A DNA stretch of 64,000 nucleotides from Nanobdellati archaeon (GCA_014384375.1 JACNFY010000019.1:36262-100261), one strand, 5' to 3'. Positions 1 through 9,165 are shown, counted from the first letter of the stretch. Translations and numbers: made by a program. The notes: generated by a model not told the origin, from the sequence alone.

Positions 1-425
1 TCATTCACACCCATTACAGCGCTGAAATCAGTTCCTTTTCCAGGAGCGCTTATCAACACCTTCTTAGCGCCAGCTCTTATATGTTTTTCAGCATCCTCTT
101 TTTTTCTGAAAAATCCAGTGCTTTCAACAACTATGTCGATGTTTAGCTTTCTCCACGGAAGGTTCTCAGGATCTCTCTCTGAAAAAATCATTATCTCTTT
201 ATCATCAATTATCAGAGAGTTTTCTCTAGCTTCAACACTTCCCTTAAAAATCCCGTGAACAGAATCATACTTGAATAAATGGGCTAATGTTTTTGCATCT
301 GTCAAGTCATTGATAGCTACAAACTCAACACCGACTTCATTTGCTTTGTGAAAAGGATTAAGGACGCCCGCCTTAAGAACCATACGGCCTATTCTTCCAA
401 AACCGTTAATAGCCACCCTAACCAT
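1..425 (-). CDS. gap: Glyceraldehyde-3-phosphate dehydrogenase, class I (bacterial/eukaryotic type), N-terminal part; the 3' end runs off the window
   Basis: Hand translation of the reverse strand from the ATG at 425-423 gives MVRVAINGFGRIGRMVLKAGVLNPFHKANEVGVEFVAINDL. This contains the INGFGRIGR NAD-binding signature. The ORF is absent from the track because the window edge truncates it. Confidence 0.8.
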   Translation of the reverse strand, partial: MVRVAINGFGRIGRMVLKAGVLNPFHKANEVGVEFVAINDLTDAKTLAHLFKYDSVHGIFKGSVEARENSLIIDDKEIMIFSERDPENLPWRKLNIDIVVESTGFFRKKEDAEKHIRAGAKKVLISAPGKGTDFSAVMGVN

Positions 426-441
426 ATATCACACCTCTTTT

Positions 442-681
442 TTAAATCGTCGACTCTTTGAAATTTTCGTTTGTCTTCTTCCAAACCTCTTCGTAAGTTG
501 TGAGTTTCTTCTTAATAAGAATATCTGAGATTGCCTCTAACTGACTCCTGACAAGAGCTAGTTTATAAGTGTTTATCAACAAGAGCTCTTTGAGTTCCTG
601 TTTAGAAAGTTCAGTGATTTGTTTTTCTAAGTTTTTCTGCACCTCTTCTTTAGTTTCTTTGCTAAGAGCCAAGCTAATCAC
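442..681 (-). CDS. Hypothetical small coiled-coil protein (79 aa)
   Basis: ORF track entry. The sequence is K/E/L-rich and heptad-like with no recognisable motif. It lies on the same strand between gap and pcm. Confidence 0.35.
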   Translation of the reverse strand: MISLALSKETKEEVQKNLEKQITELSKQELKELLLINTYKLALVRSQLEAISDILIKKKLTTYEEVWKKTNENFKESTI

Positions 682-845
682 CCCTAAATGATATTGATAA
701 ATCTAAATATAAAAAGGTTTTGCTTTTTCTTGACCTAAAAAATATGTTAATATAGAAAAAAGGAAATAACCCCTGAAAAACTCACCTCTTTTGTTCCCAG
801 GAATTATTCCTCACGCTATTAGTGGAATTTTATTTATAAAGGTTT

Positions 846-1487
846 TCAATAGTCCCAGCCAGATTCACCCACGAGAGGAACAAACCTGCAATCGAATAAG
901 AACGCTCTTTCAAAATCGCCTTTTTTCTTTGTGAAAACAAATAATTCTTGAAAAGCTCTGTCGCCGATAGGAACTACAATTCTTCCACCTTCATTCAATT
1001 GCTCTTGCAATTGTTCAGGTATCTTGTGGCATGCAGCGGTTATCAATATTCCATCATATGGAAACCCTTCCTTGAATCCCCCTTCTCCATTACCTTCAAC
1101 GACTTTTACATTGGTATAACCAAGCTTTTTCAGGATTTTTCTGCTTTTTTCTACTAACTTATGGATTAGCTCAACTGTGTAAACTTTTTTTGCGATCTCA
1201 GCGAGAATAGCGGCTTGATATCCCGAACCAGCCCCAACCTCTAATACCTTCTCATTCCCTTTGAGTCTTAGTGCTTCTGTCATCGCTGCAACAACGTATG
1301 GCTGACTTACTGTTTGACCATAACCAATGGGTACTGGAAAGTCACCATAAGCTCTCTCTTTATGTTCCTCAGGTACAAACTCGTGTCTTGGAACTTTTTT
1401 CATGACTTTTAGAACAAGCTCATCCTTTATACCCCTTCTTCTGAGCTGGTTCTCAACCATACTCTCTCTCAAGGGTTCATAATTCAT
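846..1487 (-). CDS. pcm: Protein-L-isoaspartate O-methyltransferase
   Basis: Contains GQTVSQPYVVAAMTEAL and the SAM-binding motif VLEVGAGSGYQAAILAE. The 213-aa length is typical of PIMT. Confidence 0.85.
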   Translation of the reverse strand: MNYEPLRESMVENQLRRRGIKDELVLKVMKKVPRHEFVPEEHKERAYGDFPVPIGYGQTVSQPYVVAAMTEALRLKGNEKVLEVGAGSGYQAAILAEIAKKVYTVELIHKLVEKSRKILKKLGYTNVKVVEGNGEGGFKEGFPYDGILITAACHKIPEQLQEQLNEGGRIVVPIGDRAFQELFVFTKKKGDFERAFLFDCRFVPLVGESGWDY

Positions 1488-2536
1488 TTTTTCAAATAAA
1501 CAGTTCTAGTTGGGAAAGCCATTTCTATCTTGGCTTTTTCAAACCTCTTCTTTATCTCCATGTTGATGTTGTGCTTTGCATTGAGAATATTATCGAGGTT
1601 CTTAATCCAATATATTACTAAAAAGTTTAATGAGCTGTCTCCGAACTCTTTGAAGCTAACAATTGATCTGTTCTCTGTATCTTTATTCTTTAAAACCACA
1701 TCTTCCAGTATTTTCTTTGCTTCTTCCATCTTTCTCATTGGTGTATCATATTCAACTCCTATAGTTGCTTTAACTTTTCTGGATTTTTCTCTTGAAACAT
1801 TTTGTAGTATAGTGTCTGCAATCTTGGCGTTTGGAACTATTAATTGGAATCCATCCAAGGTTTCCATCTTTGTTGTTCTAAGGCCTATTTCTCTTACCCA
1901 ACCATCATAATCCTCTATTTTTATTCTGTCGCCAAGCTTAAAGGGCTTGTCTGTTAGTATTGACATACCTCCAAAGAGGTTTGCAAGCATGTCTTTGGCA
2001 GCTAATGCAAATGCTAAGCCTCCTATTCCAAGTCCTGCTATTAATGAAGTAACGTCGTACCCGAAGTTGTCAATAATTATGATTACAGCTATTACTATTA
2101 GTGTTACTTTGACAAGTCTTCTCACAACTGGTAGAAGGGCATCATCAAGCTCTGATTTTGTTTTAGAAGCAAGTGGTGTTATATAGTGAATCAGTAATGC
2201 ATCCACAAAGTAGATGACAAACCAGAAGATATTTATTGTTAGGATTATCTGTACAATGTTAGAGAATATTTTACTAATTGATGGGCTTAGATTAAGCGTT
2301 TTCAAGGCGATTATAAAGCCAATTATGAATATCAAGAAGACAAGGGGTTTTTCCATTGCTTCAACTAATATATCATCAATCTTTGTTTTGGAAATTTCTG
2401 CTTTCTTTCTCAACACTCTTTTACTGATGTAAAAAACCGCTCTTCCAACTATGAGTGAGCCAACAATTATAGCGAAGAATATCAAATAGTCGAATATTGT
2501 ATTTCCAAAGTATACATTGTCTAATATAGGTATCAT
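1484..2536 (-). CDS. Small-conductance mechanosensitive channel (MscS family)
   Basis: Three N-terminal TM helices are followed by LANLFGGMSILTDKPFKLGDRIKIEDYDGWVREIGLRTTKMETLDGFQLIVPNAKI, the MscS pore helix and beta-domain signature. It overlaps pcm by 4 nt. Confidence 0.8.
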   Translation of the reverse strand: MIPILDNVYFGNTIFDYLIFFAIIVGSLIVGRAVFYISKRVLRKKAEISKTKIDDILVEAMEKPLVFLIFIIGFIIALKTLNLSPSISKIFSNIVQIILTINIFWFVIYFVDALLIHYITPLASKTKSELDDALLPVVRRLVKVTLIVIAVIIIIDNFGYDVTSLIAGLGIGGLAFALAAKDMLANLFGGMSILTDKPFKLGDRIKIEDYDGWVREIGLRTTKMETLDGFQLIVPNAKIADTILQNVSREKSRKVKATIGVEYDTPMRKMEEAKKILEDVVLKNKDTENRSIVSFKEFGDSSLNFLVIYWIKNLDNILNAKHNINMEIKKRFEKAKIEMAFPTRTVYLKK

Positions 2537-2577
2537 AATGCTTTCTTATCAGAAGCTCTTTATATTTTTTATGGTAT

Positions 2578-2880
2578 TTACCGGATGCAGCCTTCCATCC
2601 AAGAAAGATACTCTTTGTTTACTCTAGCGTTTAACTTTATGATTGCAGGAATATCATACGAGTGAAGCTCTCTAATAGCATTCTTGGCTTCCTCCTCCCA
2701 TCTTTCAAGAGTTTTAACTAATAGAATTGCCTCTGTCTCCTCCTTTAGTTCTCCTTCCCATTCATAAATTGATTCAGCAGGCACAATATTTGCACACGCT
2801 ATTAACTTTTGCTTTAAGAGCTCCTTAGCTATCTTCTTGGCTTCCTTCTTATCCTTGCATGGCACGTAGTATAGAATCAT
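2578..2880 (-). CDS. cutA: Divalent-cation tolerance protein CutA
   Basis: MILYYVPCKDKKEAKKIAKELLKQKLIACANIVPAESIYEWEGELKEETEAILLVKT matches the CutA1 fold signature. I set the start at the internal ATG (2880-2878), which overlaps the upstream gene's stop (ATGA). The longer track ORF (to 3033) would overlap that gene in another frame. Confidence 0.75.
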   Translation of the reverse strand: MILYYVPCKDKKEAKKIAKELLKQKLIACANIVPAESIYEWEGELKEETEAILLVKTLERWEEEAKNAIRELHSYDIPAIIKLNARVNKEYLSWMEGCIR

Positions 2881-3437
2881 TTTTTGATCTTTTTGTAAGC
2901 TACGAATATGACTAAAAGAATCTCTATTAGAATAATTATTGGTCTGAGTATTCTGTGCAAATCGCTGAAATATCGACCAGTTCCTACGAAGATCGCAATT
3001 AATCCACCTATAAGAAAACCGGTTAATATCCATTCTTTCAAAGAATCTTTCTTATAGGGGAGATATATACTTAGTATGACTGCTACTAATCCTAGAATGC
3101 TTGACATTATGAAGACAAAGAACTCATAATTTTCTCTAACTTCGTCGTATTCATTCATGCAAGTTTCACACTTAAACTCTTTAACGCATCCCTCTTCGTA
3201 GATGGGTGTGAACTCTCCTCCTTGCTCCTGACAAACTTCTGCTTCTGCATCATCCACTTCAATAGGTGTACAGTTTAGTTTCTCTTGTAAGTAAGGAGCT
3301 TTTTGCATGTAGAGTTCTCTTTTGCAAAAGTCATCGTATTCAGGTCTTTCATAAAATGCGTTTATAAGGCTGAAAATAAAAATCCCAAATAATATGGCAA
3401 TGGCTGCAATTATTCCGAATTTTTTTACATTAATCAT
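2877..3437 (-). CDS. Hypothetical membrane protein with a Cys-rich extracytoplasmic loop
   Basis: The ORF is 186 aa. An N-terminal TM helix is followed by an acidic segment of about 80 aa with 7 Cys (CKRE..CTP..CQEQ..CVKEFKCETC), then 3 predicted TM helices. It has 4-nt overlaps with both neighbours. Confidence 0.5.
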   Translation of the reverse strand: MINVKKFGIIAAIAILFGIFIFSLINAFYERPEYDDFCKRELYMQKAPYLQEKLNCTPIEVDDAEAEVCQEQGGEFTPIYEEGCVKEFKCETCMNEYDEVRENYEFFVFIMSSILGLVAVILSIYLPYKKDSLKEWILTGFLIGGLIAIFVGTGRYFSDLHRILRPIIILIEILLVIFVAYKKIKK

Positions 3438-4600
3438 TTTATATAGAGGCTCTTCTCGTATAGTTTAAATACTTTGTTCAAGTCTTTCTGCTCGACAACC
3501 CTTCTTAGTTCCATCCTAGCAGAGGCTTTGGCAAGTCTCATTATCCCAAGGATTAATCTCGGGCTGATCTCCACTAAGAAGTTCTTTTCATCTTTTTTCA
3601 GTTTCGCCGAGAAGTCGACTATCTGCTTTTTCAATTTTTCATCGAAAGCTACATCCACAAATTGCGAAAACTCAACATAATCTCTCAAAAACAAGGAATC
3701 ATTTATTTCAAGGTTTTTCTCTCTCTCACTAACTATCTTCTTGGCTATGTCTACAAATTCTTTTGTTCCAGGTCTCCTGACAAAGAAGACCAAATGGAAT
3801 CGTGATAGCAATGCAGGGTCGAATGGAATCTGTTTCATCCATGTGTCAGGCGTCCTTCCAACAAATTGATCTCCTTTTGGATTAGCAGTTGCTAGTAGGC
3901 TGATTCTAGCATCGAGTTTTATGTGTTTGCTACCTTTGTCATAGGTTATGAAACCCTTCTCCATTGCGTTGAGCAATGCGCCTCTGTCTCTTGGTCTCAT
4001 TAGGTTTAGCTCGTCCACACAACAGATTCCTTCGTCAGCCATTGTTAGAAGTCCTTTTATTAGTTGATCTCCTTTAAACGTAGCGGTTAGACCTGCAGCG
4101 CTCGTTCCTGAGCCAAGGCCGTAGGATGATATAGGCGCAATATCGTCAATGGCTCTTAGTATGTCTGTCTTTCCTGTGCTAGGATCTCCAAGGAGCAGTA
4201 CATGAACCTTGTCAGTTGAGAATAATTGCAAGATAGCTGCTTCTTTTACTTCGTCAAGCCCAACTATGTGTGGTGCTAGGAATTCTTTTATCCTCTGCTC
4301 AGCTACGAGAGAAAATTCCTCATACTTTTTTTCTCTGACTTTCTGTTCTATTATGTCATTCCAGACATTTGTAATATTAGTTAATCCTTCTTCTTCAATT
4401 CCAAGATTTATGATTGGGAACTGCTTGTCTTCTATTAGTTTTTCAGATACCTTCAGGGATGAATAAGCAACACCTATTTTTCCTAGTTTCAGAATTTTCT
4501 TGACTTTTTTGAAGTCGCTATGTTCAAGATATTCTCTTAATTGTTCTAAGTCTTTTCTCTTCTTTATAGACAAAGGTAAAAGTAGTTTTAGGAATGACAT
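3434..4600 (-). CDS. MCM-family AAA+ ATPase, short form (388 aa) lacking the canonical N-terminal OB/Zn domain
   Basis: Walker A LLLGDPSTGKTDIL and GSGTSAAGLTA are present. Walker B and the following segment read ICCVDELNLMRPRDRGALLNAMEKGFITYDKGSKHIKLDARISLLATANP, and the arginine-finger region reads LLSRFHLVFFV. These are collinear with the MCM AAA+ core. Only about 95 aa with no Cys precede the core. Confidence 0.7.
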   Translation of the reverse strand: MSFLKLLLPLSIKKRKDLEQLREYLEHSDFKKVKKILKLGKIGVAYSSLKVSEKLIEDKQFPIINLGIEEEGLTNITNVWNDIIEQKVREKKYEEFSLVAEQRIKEFLAPHIVGLDEVKEAAILQLFSTDKVHVLLLGDPSTGKTDILRAIDDIAPISSYGLGSGTSAAGLTATFKGDQLIKGLLTMADEGICCVDELNLMRPRDRGALLNAMEKGFITYDKGSKHIKLDARISLLATANPKGDQFVGRTPDTWMKQIPFDPALLSRFHLVFFVRRPGTKEFVDIAKKIVSEREKNLEINDSLFLRDYVEFSQFVDVAFDEKLKKQIVDFSAKLKKDEKNFLVEISPRLILGIMRLAKASARMELRRVVEQKDLNKVFKLYEKSLYIK

Positions 4601-4754
4601 GACCCCTCTTACATAAACGAATTCTTATAAGCATATAAAGTTTTCGGGATTTCAATGTTAATATACACTTTTCCTCCATTTTTCCAAAACCTTTTTATAT
4701 ACACAACCCTATACTGTTATGGGGGAATTAGTAAGAGTATATTAATTCTGGAAA

Positions 4755-5027
4755 ATGGACGACTTCGACTTTGACAGATTGATGGAAATCCAGAGGATGA
4801 CTGCCTCTCGTATAAGGCAGGAATCTGAGGTAGATAATAAAATAAAGATTCTAGATATATTGAATGAGTTGACAGCCACAAAGGGAAAAAAGATTCAAGT
4901 CGAGGAAGTAATTATAGAGGCAGGTACTCAGGGCCTTGCAGAGTCTGAGGTTACAGCTACATTGGATGCTCTGAAGGAGGATGGCATGGTCATTGAACCA
5001 GAGACAGGATTTGTGCAACTGGCTTAG
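4755..5027 (+). CDS. Small winged-helix protein resembling the MCM C-terminal WH domain
   Basis: The 90-aa ORF is divergent from the MCM-like gene. Its C-terminus ATLDALKEDGMVIEPETGFVQLA resembles the LKxxGxIxEPxxGxxxx ending of MCM C-terminal winged helices. This is pattern-level evidence only. Confidence 0.45.
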   Translation: MDDFDFDRLMEIQRMTASRIRQESEVDNKIKILDILNELTATKGKKIQVEEVIIEAGTQGLAESEVTATLDALKEDGMVIEPETGFVQLA

Positions 5028-7324
5028 TATCCAAACAATGTCTTCTGAGAACTATTTTTGACTATATCGTCAAAGTTTGTGTTGTAGAAACTTAGCACTG
5101 TATCTGCTAGTGGTTTTAGCTGCTTCTCGATGTAGTGGTCATAATCAATCCTGCTCTTGTGAAGCTCTATTGGTTCAGGACCATTTACTGTGATAACATA
5201 CTCAATGATATTGCTCTTCAATTCTTTCAACATCCGAGCAGCTTTCACATGTGGAGGTGTGGTTTTTATGTAAGCATTTAAGTTCTTTCTAATCGCTTTT
5301 CTATACACCAATAGCTTATTGTATTTTCCTTTCTTTAAGTCATTCACAAATTTCTTCACATACTCTGCGACTTCCTTCTTGTGAAATATCTTCTCTAAGA
5401 GCTCAAGTTGGAACTTCTTAGCCAGTTCTGTCCAATCACGTCTAACAAACTCCAAGCCGACAAAGTCCATCTTTTCCTTGCCATTCTTGACAATTAGCCC
5501 TGCGTATCTCTTTTTGCTGCCTTTTTCAGAGTCACGAATTTTAGGCATTAAGAATCGTTTGTATACTTTTTCGAACTCTAACTCTAAGAAGCTTGGGCAT
5601 CCATACTTTTTTTGTATGTGTTGTGTGAAGAATTCGTTGATTTGTTTTTGTATTTCTAAACCTGTCTTGTTAGCTTCTTTCTCGCTTTTCACATTTAAAT
5701 TTACAAATACGCTGTCAGTGTCACCATAGATAACTTCATAGCCCATTTCTCCAATATTTTTAGCGGTCTGCTTTATGAAGTGTTGAGCGAAATATGTTAT
5801 TGCATTTGCCATGTCGATGCTGTGAAATCTGAAAATAGGATTTGCCATCACTCCAAACATGGAATTCATGACGACCTTGATAGCATAACTGCCAGTTGCG
5901 TCTTTCTTCTTTTTGATAATGTCTCTCGCTTTCCACAAACGCTGAATCATGTCTGATAGGATGCCATGTTCTTTTCTGAAACAAGCACCATTTGGAGCTT
6001 TAATCAGATTTTTTCCTTTGCAGTCTGGAACATATGTGAATGGATCAATGTTGAAAGTTCTTATGATGCTTGGATACAGGCTTTTGAAGTCACATACAAT
6101 AACGTAATCATATATGCCTGGTTTTGAGCTCATTACATAGCCGCCTTTGATTCTTTCCTTACGTTCTCCAAACTTTGCAGAAGGAGCGACATAGCCTTTT
6201 TTTCTCAAATCTCTCAAATAGAGAGAGTCAAAAGCTGAGATGCTTCCTTTAACCCTGTCTAGTTGTATTCCTGTGAGCAAGGATCGTTGGATTGTTAGTC
6301 CAAGCACTCCTGTTTTCTCGATGATGCCTGTAACTAGTTTTGAATCTTTCAAGTTATAATCAACCAGCTTCTGAGGGTTTTTCTTGAAAGCTTCTTCAAT
6401 CTCAGCACCTTTATTCTTATAACCTATCAACTTTTTTTCTCTAAGAATTTCCTCAGCAGCTGTGTCTAACTTATAGTTTACTAATTTCACAAAAGATATT
6501 TTTAGCAAATGAATGCCATCGAGTACCATTCTTCCAGCAAAATTAGCTGTTGAATCCCTGAAGAATGATTCCTGTCTTTTTATGAAGCAAGTGTCATCAT
6601 TTCTTCCAAGCTGGAAAGGGATGTTGTACTGTTTGAACTTATCATGCAACTTGCTCAAGTCGAAGTCTATTACATTCCAGCCAGTTATTATGTCAGGGTC
6701 AAGCTCTAGTAATTTTTTCTTGAATTTCTCTAGTAATTTTTTTTCATTCTTTACACAGATAGCATTTTTTAGTTTTTTATCAGATATTATTATTGCCTTT
6801 GCAAAGTTATCTGAGAACATTGATATTGAGTATAACTCTTTTCCATACCTGTCTGTTTCAATGTCAATTGACAACATCTTTAATTTAGGCTTCCAATCAG
6901 CAGAACTCAGTTCCGGTTCCTCATAAATCCTGTTCACAAATTCCCCTTTCTTGAAATCACCTTTGGTTTCCATAGATCCTTTGATGTCTTTGTCCATCAT
7001 GAAGCGATAGGCAAATCTGATATCTGCTTCATAACATTCGATATCTTTTTCTTCGAACCTCTTCCTGAATTCAGGCACGTTTTTAGGGATATTAAGAATT
7101 ATTTTAACAACAGGTTCTTCTTTGAAATTTTTTAAATCAGTCTCTTCATACTCAAAAGTGTTAGTCTTCAAGGCTTTGTTCAAATCCTTTTTCTTTATGT
7201 AGAAATAAGGCCTATAATGGTTTATTGTCAGAAATGATTCTCCGTTCTCCAATCTCCCAAACAGGTAGACATAAGCCTTGTTATCAACCACACGATAAGT
7301 AGGGTAGACTACGAATCCTTTCAT
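5024..7324 (-). CDS. polB: DNA polymerase, family B
   Basis: Exo I LSIDIETD, Exo II GWNVIDFDLSKL and Exo III YNLKDSKL are present. Pol motif A is CDFKSLYPSII, motif B is KVVMNSMFGV and motif C is YGDTDSVFV. No intein-like insertion was seen. Confidence 0.95.
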   Translation of the reverse strand: MKGFVVYPTYRVVDNKAYVYLFGRLENGESFLTINHYRPYFYIKKKDLNKALKTNTFEYEETDLKNFKEEPVVKIILNIPKNVPEFRKRFEEKDIECYEADIRFAYRFMMDKDIKGSMETKGDFKKGEFVNRIYEEPELSSADWKPKLKMLSIDIETDRYGKELYSISMFSDNFAKAIIISDKKLKNAICVKNEKKLLEKFKKKLLELDPDIITGWNVIDFDLSKLHDKFKQYNIPFQLGRNDDTCFIKRQESFFRDSTANFAGRMVLDGIHLLKISFVKLVNYKLDTAAEEILREKKLIGYKNKGAEIEEAFKKNPQKLVDYNLKDSKLVTGIIEKTGVLGLTIQRSLLTGIQLDRVKGSISAFDSLYLRDLRKKGYVAPSAKFGERKERIKGGYVMSSKPGIYDYVIVCDFKSLYPSIIRTFNIDPFTYVPDCKGKNLIKAPNGACFRKEHGILSDMIQRLWKARDIIKKKKDATGSYAIKVVMNSMFGVMANPIFRFHSIDMANAITYFAQHFIKQTAKNIGEMGYEVIYGDTDSVFVNLNVKSEKEANKTGLEIQKQINEFFTQHIQKKYGCPSFLELEFEKVYKRFLMPKIRDSEKGSKKRYAGLIVKNGKEKMDFVGLEFVRRDWTELAKKFQLELLEKIFHKKEVAEYVKKFVNDLKKGKYNKLLVYRKAIRKNLNAYIKTTPPHVKAARMLKELKSNIIEYVITVNGPEPIELHKSRIDYDHYIEKQLKPLADTVLSFYNTNFDDIVKNSSQKTLFGY

Positions 7325-7343
7325 TGTTTACAAGAAGAGTCTA

Positions 7344-7357
7344 AGATATTTAAAGTT
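7344..7357 (-). promoter_or_regulatory. TATA-like box upstream of polB
   Basis: The sequence agatatttaaagtt lies about 22-30 nt upstream of the polB ATG (7324) on the reverse strand. This spacing is typical of archaeal TATA boxes with short or absent leaders. Confidence 0.35.
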
Positions 7358-7366
7358 AGTGATAGT

Positions 7367-7380
7367 TATATTTATAAAAT
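7367..7380 (+). promoter_or_regulatory. TATA-like box upstream of ABCE1
   Basis: The sequence ttatatttataaaat lies about 25-35 nt upstream of the ATG at 7402. Confidence 0.35.
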
Positions 7381-7401
7381 AACGAGTTAAACTAATTAAT
7401 T

Positions 7402-9165
7402 ATGCCTAAAAGAATAATGGTTGTGAAAAAAGAGAAATGCAACCCTCAAGGTTGCGGTGGCTACCTTTGTATTAGAGTCAGCCCTAGTAATCGAGCAGGA
7501 AAAGATGCTATTGTAAAATCTCCTGATGGTAAGGTAATGGTTAATGAGGAAGTTATAACAGATGGTGATAGGATAGCTGCAAACAAGTGTCCATTCAATG
7601 CTTTGGAAATGGTCAATCTGCCTGAAGAACTTGACAAAGACCCTATACATCGCTACGGCAAGAATGGTTTTTCACTCTACAACTTGCCAACACCGATGTT
7701 TGGAAAGGTGGTTGGCATTGTTGGAAAAAACGGCATTGGTAAATCAACAGCTCTCAAGATACTTGCAGATGTTCTAAAGCCGAATCTTGGAAAGGTTGAA
7801 AAGGAGAATTATGAAGCTAGTCATGAAGAATTAATAGATTATTTCAAAGGAACTGAAGCTCAGGTTTTTTTTGAGAAGAGAAAAAAAAGTGAAATAAAAG
7901 TTGCTTACAAGCCACAACAAGTAGATTTGATTCCAAAACAGTTTTCAGGAACAGTGAAAGAACTGCTTGAGAAAACAGATGAGAAAAAAGCTATAGATGA
8001 AATTGCAGAAAAACTAGAGCTTACAAAAATAATAGATCGTAAAATAGGAGATATCTCAGGTGGTGAATTGCAAAGAGTGGCAATAGCAGCCACTGTTTTG
8101 AAAAAAGCAAATGTTTATTTCTTCGACGAGCCCACATCATACCTTGATATAAAGCAGCGATTAAAAATTTCAAAGTTCATAAGAAAGTTAGCTGATGAAA
8201 ACACCGCGGTTCTAGTTGTTGAGCACGACTTAATAATATTGGATTACATGACTGACTTCGTGCATTTGATGTATGGAAAGGAGGGGGCTTTTGGGGTTGT
8301 CTCCATGATAAAAACCACAAAGGCAGGGATAAATGTTTACCTTTCAGGATATTTGAAGGAAGAAAACATCAGATTTCGTGACCATAAAATAAAGTTTATG
8401 AAGAAACCTCCTGTTAAGAAAAAATCTGAGCATAAATTGGTTGACTGGGATGAATTAATGCATAAACAAGGAACATTCACCTTACAAGTAAACAAAGGAA
8501 CTCTCTACAGGACTGAAACAGTTGGAATCCTTGGAGAAAATGGTATTGGAAAAACAACTTTTGTTAGAATATTAGCAGGTGATATAAAAACAAAGGATAA
8601 GATAGAAAAATTAAAAGTAGCCTATAAGCCACAGTACCTGGAAGCAACTGATGAATTAGTTGCAGTTGTGTTGAAGAGAGCTGTTGATAAGCATAGCACA
8701 ACAATAATTAACTCTTTGAATCTGAAAGATTTAATGACTAGAAAATTATCAGAGCTTAGTGGTGGAGAGCTTCAGAGAGTTACGATTGCAAAATGCTTGG
8801 TAGAGGAGTCAAACATTATTTTGATGGACGAACCATCAGCTTATCTAGATGTTGAGCAGAGACTTGAAGTTTCGAAAGTTATAAGAAACATTATGGAACA
8901 CACTGGAAGATCTGCTTTGATAGTTGACCACGATTTATTGTTTGTTGATTATCTATCCGATGGACTACTAGTTTTTGATGGAGAATCTGCAATCAAAGGA
9001 ATTACTAATGGTCCGTTTGAGATGGAAGAAGGCATGAACATGTTCTTGAAAGACTTGGAGTTAACCTTTAGAAGAGATGAAGAGAATAATAGGCCTCGCG
9101 CCAATAAGGTTGGCTCACAGTTAGACAGAGAGCAGAAAGCCAAAGGTAAGCTTTATTATGTATAA
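7402..9165 (+). CDS. ABCE1 / RNase L inhibitor (ribosome recycling ATPase) with a degenerate N-terminal Fe-S domain
   Basis: There are two ABC cassettes, with Walker A GIVGKNGIGKST and GILGENGIGKTT and signatures ISGGELQRV and LSGGELQRV. The N-terminal ferredoxin-like domain reads KCNPQGCGGYLCIRVSP...NKCPFNALEMVNLP. Confidence 0.9.
   Translation: MPKRIMVVKKEKCNPQGCGGYLCIRVSPSNRAGKDAIVKSPDGKVMVNEEVITDGDRIAANKCPFNALEMVNLPEELDKDPIHRYGKNGFSLYNLPTPMFGKVVGIVGKNGIGKSTALKILADVLKPNLGKVEKENYEASHEELIDYFKGTEAQVFFEKRKKSEIKVAYKPQQVDLIPKQFSGTVKELLEKTDEKKAIDEIAEKLELTKIIDRKIGDISGGELQRVAIAATVLKKANVYFFDEPTSYLDIKQRLKISKFIRKLADENTAVLVVEHDLIILDYMTDFVHLMYGKEGAFGVVSMIKTTKAGINVYLSGYLKEENIRFRDHKIKFMKKPPVKKKSEHKLVDWDELMHKQGTFTLQVNKGTLYRTETVGILGENGIGKTTFVRILAGDIKTKDKIEKLKVAYKPQYLEATDELVAVVLKRAVDKHSTTIINSLNLKDLMTRKLSELSGGELQRVTIAKCLVEESNIILMDEPSAYLDVEQRLEVSKVIRNIMEHTGRSALIVDHDLLFVDYLSDGLLVFDGESAIKGITNGPFEMEEGMNMFLKDLELTFRRDEENNRPRANKVGSQLDREQKAKGKLYYV

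Noticed and set aside
2881-3033. A 51-residue N-terminal extension of the CutA ORF in the track.
   Set aside because: The extension overlaps the upstream membrane-protein gene in another frame and is not CutA-like. The internal ATG at 2880 gives a canonical CutA of about 100 aa with an ATGA overlap.
5478-6926. Several 74-137-aa ORFs inside polB, on the opposite strand or in other frames of the polB strand.
   Set aside because: They are embedded in a continuous, motif-complete family B polymerase gene. They are shadow ORFs.
5024-7324. A check for inteins in PolB, and likewise in the MCM-like gene and CDC48.
   Set aside because: The conserved motifs are contiguous, with no insertion of about 150 aa or more and no C/S...HN splice junction pattern.
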